Assembly: GCA_016748015.1 (NCBI GenBank)
Contig: JAAOMT010000009.1
Location: forward strand, 452,459-516,458
From: Geosiphon pyriformis uo1
Taxonomy: Eukaryota; Fungi; Glomeromycota
Length of the DNA stretch: 64,000 bases
Direction of reading: 5' to 3'
The notes beneath the pieces are model-generated. The model was given only the letters and a program-made list of their open reading frames with translations, was not told where the DNA came from and searched no databases. Below are positions 56,398 through 64,000 of this stretch, one piece after another (positions within the stretch are counted from its first letter, which is position 1; the number at the start of each line of letters is the position of its first letter). The position numbers and the translations under genes were made by a program.

Positions 56398-58054
56398 ATG
56401 CCTTCCCACATTGAGCTCAAAGAACTGAAAGAAAAATATGCAAAGGCTGGGCAAGAACATGTCTTTACTTTTTATAACGAACTGAGTCCAGAGGAACAAA
56501 CTCCACTATTCAACCAACTCGCGACACTCGACGTTGATCGCGTCAACCGTATTTTCTCTAAGGCAATCTCGGGCTTGGACTCCAGTGAAAAAACTAACCT
56601 TGAACCTTTACCCAAAGATGTTTTTGAATCCCTTTTGGATGCTGACAAAGAAAAAATTAAAAAGTGGGGATCTTTGGGGTTGGAATTGATCGCCCAAAAC
56701 AAAGTAGCCGTTATTTTGATGGCTGGTGGTCAAGGGACCAGGTTAGGCTCCAGCGCTCCAAAAGGTTGTTACGATATTAATTTACCTTCCAAGAAATCAT
56801 TATTCCAGCTCCAGGCAGAACGCATTTATAGACTTCAAAAGGTCGCCCAAGAGGCCGCTAAAACTACTGATGAGGTAACATTACCTTGGTATATTATGAC
56901 AAGTGGTCCGACAAGACCAGCGACAGAAGCTTTCTTTAAGAAACATCGATTCTTTGGCCTTAAAGAAGAGAATGTTATTTTCTTTGAGCAAGGTGGGCTT
57001 TTGTATATTAAATCAAGTGCTATTTCAAATAAATAAGTCACTATTAATTTTGTTTTCCAAAATAGGTACTTTACCTGCCTTAACCAACCAGGGCAAATTA
57101 TTTTTGGAAACAAAATCTAAGGTAAAGATGCATCAGATTGTCAGTTCTTTGAATCCTTATTTTTATATCCAAAAAGCATTTTATTAAATTTTTGTTGTAA
57201 TTACTATGTGCAATTAGCTTGCAATTGCTCCTGATGGTAATGGTGGAATTTATGCAGCTCTGCGTAATGAAGGAGTCTTGAATTCCTTGAAAACGCGTAA
57301 GATCCAATACGTTCATGCCTACTGTGTTGATAATTGTTTGGTTCGTGTTGCAGATCCAGTATTTATCGGTTATTGCGTGTCGAAAAATGCTGAGTGTGGG
57401 GCCAAAGTTGTTCGCAAAACCTCCCCGGATGAGCCTGTTGGCGTGATTGCAATACGAAATGGAAAATACAGCGTAGTTGAATATAGCGAGATCGATTCGG
57501 AAATCGCAGCGACAACTACATCAGATGGCCAATTAGCATATCGTGCAGCAAACATTGCAAACCACTTTTACACTGTTGATTTTCTTAATCGCGTCGAGTC
57601 ATTCGACGATCAACTAGAGTATCATATTGCTAGAAAGAAAATCAAGCATATCGAGATTGCGACCGGGAAATTGCTTTCACCCAGTAAACCTAATGGTATG
57701 AAACTCGAGCTTTTCGTATTTGATGTATTCCCATTCACTGAGAGAATGGCAGTATTTGAGGTTGATCGAAGAGAAGAATTTTCACCACTTAAAAACGCTC
57801 CTGGAACTGGTGTCGATGATCCGGATACCAGCCGACGAGATATCATTGCTCAACACATTAGGTTTGTAGAACGTACTGGTGGTAAGGTGATTCGTGGTGA
57901 TAATGATGAATCATCTCCGAATGATCAACTGACTTTTGAAATATCGCCATTGGTTTCCTACGCTGGGGAAGGATTGGATGTTTTGAAAGACAAGACGATC
58001 CGTACTCCTACTATCATCGAAACGGCTACCGATCTCGAGAAATTAACTATTTGA
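56398..58054 (+). CDS. UAP1: UDP-N-acetylglucosamine pyrophosphorylase, 3 exons, 495 aa
   Basis: Exons 56398-56992, 57066-57121, 57218-58054; MAGGQGTRLG..PKG, APDGNGG, CVDN, VVEYSEI, EEFSPLKN motifs. Confidence 0.97.
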
Positions 58055-58499
58055 AGCGTCAAGGTGTTTGTGGCTGAAGAAAAAGAACAAGGACTTGAAT
58101 TTGGTTCTAGATTTAGATTGGACTTTATATTATTATTTTTTCGTCAAATTCATAGTACATATCAAAAAAGAATCTTTCTTCGATATATAATAATTTAAGG
58201 AAGATTTATTTATTTATTTATCCCTACTTTAAATGCAATTGTGGTAAAAGCTGATAAATTACCTTGAAAATTTAACATTGATTTTTATTCGAGCTCTTCG
58301 AAGGAGGATATCTATTTTTATAAGCTTGAGAAATGAAATCCAAGCCTAATAATTTATAAACGTGAAAGGCCAGAATTTCCATCTTGAAAGTCAGAATTGG
58401 GAGTTTTTTTTAACAATATTAAATAATTTTTAATAATAATTCTTATATAATTGTGTGCATTAAAATTTTAAAATTTGTTCTTAAAATTGTAATTTTTTT

Positions 58500-59100
58500 T
58501 CTATTAACTTGTACATTTTTTTTAATAGCGTGTTCAAGAAAGTAGTTTTTATTAAAGTAAGTTGGTATTTCTAATAAAGTAGCTGTTCTTTTATACATTA
58601 GCTCAAATAATATAAGCTAATTAATATTATGCTTTATTGTTGTTTTTATTGCTGATTTTTTACATGATATTTAATTAAATTTTTCTAAAATCTATAATTT
58701 ATAAATAATATAATAATAAAAGTTTTTTAATTTCAAATTTTTGGCTTAATTCACTCAAATATGTTGTTAATAAAATGGGTTTTTTGATCCAATAAAAGTT
58801 TTTTAAATATTTGTGTTAGCAAATTAAACTCTAATGCAAAAAATTAATTATTAATTTAAAATTAACTATTTTAATAGCTTTAACTTTTGGTTATTTGGTA
58901 AAATAATCAACTATTATTGCAATATATTAGTTTTAATAATAATAATTAATAAAAATTTAATTAAATTACTTTTAATTTAATCAAATAGTTATTTAACTTT
59001 GATTAATTTTAATAATTTTGTAGCTTTTGCTTTTTTTAATATAAATTATAAATTATATATATTAAATAAAATTTTAAGATATTGTTAATCAATAATATAA
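58500..59100 (-). mobile_element. Eroded Gypsy integrase relic
   Basis: Reverse strand at 58740-58820 resembles ..KELLSDQGTHFVN..ELSQ; 58560-58610 resembles FELMYGRTATL after G>A/C>T. Confidence 0.6.
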
Positions 59101-59705
59101 GTTAATTATTTATTAAAATATAGTTTTTTTGATAAAATATTTAATAACTAGATTTATATAATATTGTTTTTTTATTTTAATTTAATAATTTTAAATAATT
59201 ATTTTAATTATGTTAATTTTAATATAATATATTGTTTTAAATTAAATAATATTTTATTTGTTTTTGGAATTTTGCTTTGTTTTTTTGAGTTAATTTTTTT
59301 AAATTAAAATATTATTAAATATTAACAAAAATTATGTTTAAGTATTTATTAATTGTTAAAATAAATAAATAATTAAATTTGTTTTATTTTTAAAAATTTA
59401 TTAATTTTGATGTTTTTAATATATTTTTTATTATGAATATAAATTTTATTTTATATAATGATTTTTAAATAAATATATAAGTTTTTTGTAATTTATATAT
59501 AAATTAAAAATAATAGCTTTAATTTTTTATAGTTTAATAAATAAATACATAATATATTTGTATTAGAAATAATTATTACATCTTTCTCTTGTTGATCTCC
59601 CAGTCATAATAAGAATGAGATATTGCCGAAGAAAAAGTTTTTTTCCTACTTTCTTTTCCCTTTATATTTTCAACTATTTCTTTAGACGTATCTTTATTCA
59701 TAAAC

Positions 59706-61661
59706 ATGGAACTGGCAAGTCCTATTGCTAATGACTTTGGATCTACTTCTGCTGATTTGGGGATCTGGTCTAATGCAAAAAAAAAGAGAGTTAATAGTGT
59801 GTACTTTCATAGTACATCTTACAAGAAGTCTAAAAATTCCAAAGTTGGCATTAAAGTGATTGATTTATCTGCTGGCCCACTGGGTCTGGCCAATATTTGT
59901 AACATTAACAGTAAGTTTTTGAAATTTTGGGGCAGTAAAATAGAAAGCAAAACAAATAGCATGAGTGGCCTGTCAGACTTAGAGAACATAAAAAATACCA
60001 TTGCTGAGGAAACTAGTTATGCTGACTTGGACACTTCTGTGGTCAATGACATAGAGAACAACACAACTCTCAGGAAAACATGTATTTGCACATACATGTT
60101 AGGTCAATCTCCAAAGACTCTTTTGTTTGATGTTTTAAGTAATAATAATAATATGGTGACTCTTCTATCTCCTAAGTTTGCAGGCTCCAAAAAATTGCAA
60201 TCTGTTGGGTTACATGCATCAGATAAATGTATTTTTGATCCTGTTAAGTCATTTGCATTAGATATTGGAATTTTTGCCTTGTTTGGCAAAACTATTGGTG
60301 ACAAGTTAATTGTTGTGAAAAAAATTTTTTATCAGGTCGATGGTTTTAGGGGTGTATCTGCTTCTTCAAAACTCCCAGGCATCATTAAATCTTCTTTTAC
60401 TTCCGAGTTAAGTTTGATTAAGGCCAAGAAAATAACAATCAGTGAGAAAATTCTGGTAAATATTGATGTTAGGAAACCAAACAGCCACTCAGATCAGAAA
60501 GTGATAGTCAAAGAGATCTCAGTAGATCTTTCCAGATTAGCAATTGAATTAGTGTTCTCTAAATTTGGTCAGGTGATTTCAATTAGGATGCAACTGATTA
60601 GACTATGGCAAAAAGCATTAGTGAAATTTGAGTCATCGGATGTGACTAGTTCAGTTGCTTCCAAATAGTCAATTCTTGTGGATAAGGATTCTGTTCATGT
60701 TGTATTGGCATTAAATAACAAGAAATTATGAATGACCAGGGATCATCATCAGGCTTTGTTGTACACACTTCTAATTGGCACCACTGCCCATGATTTGTCA
60801 GATTTAGTGAACTCTTATGGTGAGAAAACTTGCTTTATTGGCCATAATTCTGGTTTATATGCTCGTAATAGATGTGCAGTGGTTTGTTTTAATAATGTAA
60901 CATCTAAATTGGCTGCTATTGGTTCTGTTCCAGTTTATAGAGGTGTGACTTTGTGCTGGACTGGTCTTTCTTTGGCTTGCTGTGCCAAGTATAAACAATT
61001 TGGTCATATTTTTAATGTGTATTCAGTTGGTGGGAATTCTGGAGTTTGTCATAAGAGGATGGTGTCTTCCCAGGATCAGGTCTGTTTGGCTAATATTTAT
61101 AAGAGAAAGCAGATTCTGGTTGTCCACCCAGTGTTTTTTGGTGGAAAATCTTGGGCTTAAGTTACAGGTGGTTCTCTTTCTTGTGTGTTTTTGTCAGTTC
61201 CCTCTGGTGCCAGTTTGTTTTTAAGTGCAAAACTCTTGGTAATGGCTTCCAACCCTCTTAATGATTCTGGTTTAGCCAAACGTCTGGCTTCTTTGGAGTG
61301 TTTCTTGGAGCTTTTGTTAGATCAGGTTTCAAATATTTTAAAAAAATTGAGCCTTGTGAATTTGGTGCTAATGTTATTACTGCCTTGTGCTCCTCTTTCT
61401 CTTGTTGTTCCTCTCTTGGATTCAGCTTTGGATTTGAATATGGCTGTTAATAGTGTAGTGGTGCCCTCTTCTTTTTCTCTCTCATTGATCAATAAGACTG
61501 CCTCTGAATTAAGTTTGAGCAGTTCAAAAATGCTTACCACCAAGGCAGATGGTTTGGAATCAAAGATGTTGGCTTTGAAGGTTTCGGTTAATTCGGTTTT
61601 GAAAAGATTAGACTCTTTGTGTTCTGGTTTGGGTTCATTAGCTCCTCTTCCATCTCAATAA
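59706..61661 (+). pseudogene. LINE ORF1 (two RRM-like domains, CCHC knuckle, C-terminal coiled coil)
   Basis: VIVKEI..FSKFGQVISIRM..ALVKF; ALLYTL..CAVVCF; CAKY(C)KQFGH; three in-frame fragments. Confidence 0.82.
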
Positions 61662-64000
61662 TCAGTCTAGTTTGGAAAATTGCTACTTGTAATATTCGGG
61701 GTATGAATAATCCTGCAAAACAGAAGGATATTGTTCATTGGCACAAGGATATGGGCAATTTGATTTCAATTATTACTGAAACCAAGTTATGGAGTAAGGT
61801 TTGTCCATGGATTGCTAATAGACTTAATGGTATTCAGGTCTTTACTTCTGGTGTGAACTCTGGTAATTTAGGTTCTGGTGTCACTATTATTATGGACACT
61901 TCTTTGACTTGTCATGTGTGTAAAATTTTTGAGGTTCTTGGTTGGCTCTTTTCTGTCAGGCTACTTTTCAAAAACAAACTTTCTGTTTCAATTTTGGGGC
62001 TCTATGCTGATGCTTCTTTGTCAGTTCAGTTCTTCCAAGCTGGTAAAATCAATTCTATGATTGCCAAAGCTGTGAATGAATTTTTTTTTGTTGTTCTGGG
62101 TGGCAACTTCAATGAAGATGGTTCTCATAAGTGTGCCAGTTTCAAAAAATGCCTTGATTTTGGTTTGGTTAACTTCTTTGGTAGAAGTTTTTTTGTTAAG
62201 ACTCCTACTTGAGCCAACTCTTGTGGTGTGATTAAAACAATCAACTTTTTGTTCATTTTCTCAAACTTGGTTAATGCTGTAGTAGATCAGAATATGTGTG
62301 GTGTTGAAGAATTCTTTAATACTAATCATTGGGCTGTTTCTGTGTCTGTGGGTTTGGATGGACTTTTGGATGTGTAGTTAACCTCTCTTTGCAAGTAAAC
62401 AAATAGAGATCAGTAAAAGTTTGATTTCAAAGGTGCTGATGTCAACAAGTGAGAAAATTTTAAAAATGCCATGTCAGCCAATGCTGGGATGCTTTCTGAT
62501 GAGTTTGATACTGCTGTCAAGCACTCAGACCTGGATGTCATGTGGGATGTTTTATGCAAAATAATGATGCTTTCGGTGAATAAGATATTTAGAAAAAAGT
62601 GGTTCAAGAATTTTGACAGTGTGTTCACCAAAGTTTCTTTAAAGTTTCACAGGTTGAAACTTTTGGTTTTGAAAATTATCAAGGCCTTTCATGAGGAAAG
62701 TGGTGTCAGTTTTATCTCTTTTATAAAGTGCTAGAACTCTTTGGATGGTATCAAAGTCTCAGTTGTTTAAGATCTTATAAACTCTAATTATGTTCATTCT
62801 GTTCTCTCTGGCATTAGGAAGTCATATTGTGCATCCAAGCTTGCTGAATTCTTGGCAGCTAGGGAAGCAAACATTAGATCTGCTATAGATAGGAGGATGG
62901 AAAGCTTCGAGACAAATAAGGATCATACTATCAGGAGTGTTTTGAAGCACTTTTTCTGCAAAGTGGTTCTGAACCATCTAGTTGTTAATGACAAACTTAT
63001 TTCGGAGCCTGGCTTGGTTAAATCTAAGGTGAACATTATTATGGAAGGATGAACTAGGAAGCATGGTGTGGTTGCTAATGTCTCTGATATTTGGTCTCAT
63101 CAATATCAGCCATTGGATTATGTTTTTGATAAGGTCTTTTCTGGTATAATGTATTCAGTTGAGTTTAGTAAGCTGCTTGATGTGGTTTCTATTTTGTCTG
63201 ATGACAAAACTGTTGGTCTTTTGGGTATCACAAATGAGCTTTGGAAACATTGTGACAAGTCAATTTTGGATATGCTTTTGGTACTTTTGAACTTAAGTCT
63301 TTCTTGCAAATCAGTGCCTGGATCTTGGAAGGAAACTTGGGTCTTGATGATTCCTAAACCATATAAATGGGAGGGTGTTCTTATGAATACCTGTCCTATT
63401 GCATTGATTGGGATGGCTCGTAAAATTTTTTTTAAGATACTCTTTAATAGAATTTCTTTGGCATGCAGCACTTTTAGTGCTCTTTGTGGGAACAATTTTT
63501 CAGTTTTAAAAAGCACAACAACTCAGTCTCTTATTTTTGCAGTTGGTTCAGTGGTTGAGAATATATTGGAAAAAAATTGGGAGTTCTGGCTGGTTTTGCA
63601 GGATATGTGGAAAGCATATGATTCAATTGGCTAGAAACATCTCAAGAAAAGTTTGATCAGGATCAAGATGTATGGTAGATTCATTCAGTTTTTCAGTGGT
63701 ATTTATAGGAATTGTACCAACAGAGTGATGACAGATTTTGGGTTGATGAATGATTATCATATACATAATGATTTGGACCAAGGGAAGGTCTTCTCTTTTC
63801 TTCTGTGACGTATATTTTATGATCCTCTGCTATGCAAAGTCAAGAAACAGAAAAACATGTGTGGTTATAGGTTAAGTTCTTATTTTATTTCAAAAAATGG
63901 TTGTGCTGAATCCAGGGCTGGGCTCTTTTCTTTTTTTGCTGCTGGCACTTTTGTTGATGATACAATTTAAGTTGGCTGTAATTAGGCTGCTACTTAATAT
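61658..64000 (+). pseudogene. LINE ORF2 (APE and RT), truncated by window
   Basis: LVWKIATCNIRG, TETKL, GGNFNE, RT motifs. Confidence 0.88.

Larger units (their letters stand above)
59580..64000 (+). mobile_element. LINE copy 4, from 5' UTR, running off the window end
   Basis: ORF1 59706-61661, then APE and RT (KAYDSI, QG, FVDDT). Confidence 0.93.

Overview
Fungal genomic DNA; gene style and repeat content suggest an early-diverging lineage such as Glomeromycotina/Mucoromycota (inference). About 90% of the window is decayed transposons around a CpG-rich gene island of about 5.5 kb. The island holds RVB1/RUVBL1 (-), a small spliced coiled-coil gene resembling BLOC-1 subunit 3 (+) and UAP1/QRI1 (+). 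Repeats: four LINE copies (ORF1 RRM/CCHC; ORF2 APE-RT-RNaseH-ZnF), a nested stack of Ty3/Gypsy elements (A, B, C inside B, solo LTRs, eroded relics), an eroded hAT-like element and a MITE. The main candidate for an undescribed system is the Gypsy family. It has one Gag-PR-[Trp/Cys-rich domain]-dUTPase-RT-RNaseH polyprotein with no AUG start, an integrase in a separate ORF, and an orphan third ORF. It also has a long structured U5 with splice signals and a tRNA-3'-end mimic that pairs with the PBS, and 4-bp target sites that reconstruct to CpG. All repeats show one-directional C>T/G>A erosion, ending in nearly pure A/T DNA. Coordinates were read by eye and may be off by a few bases.
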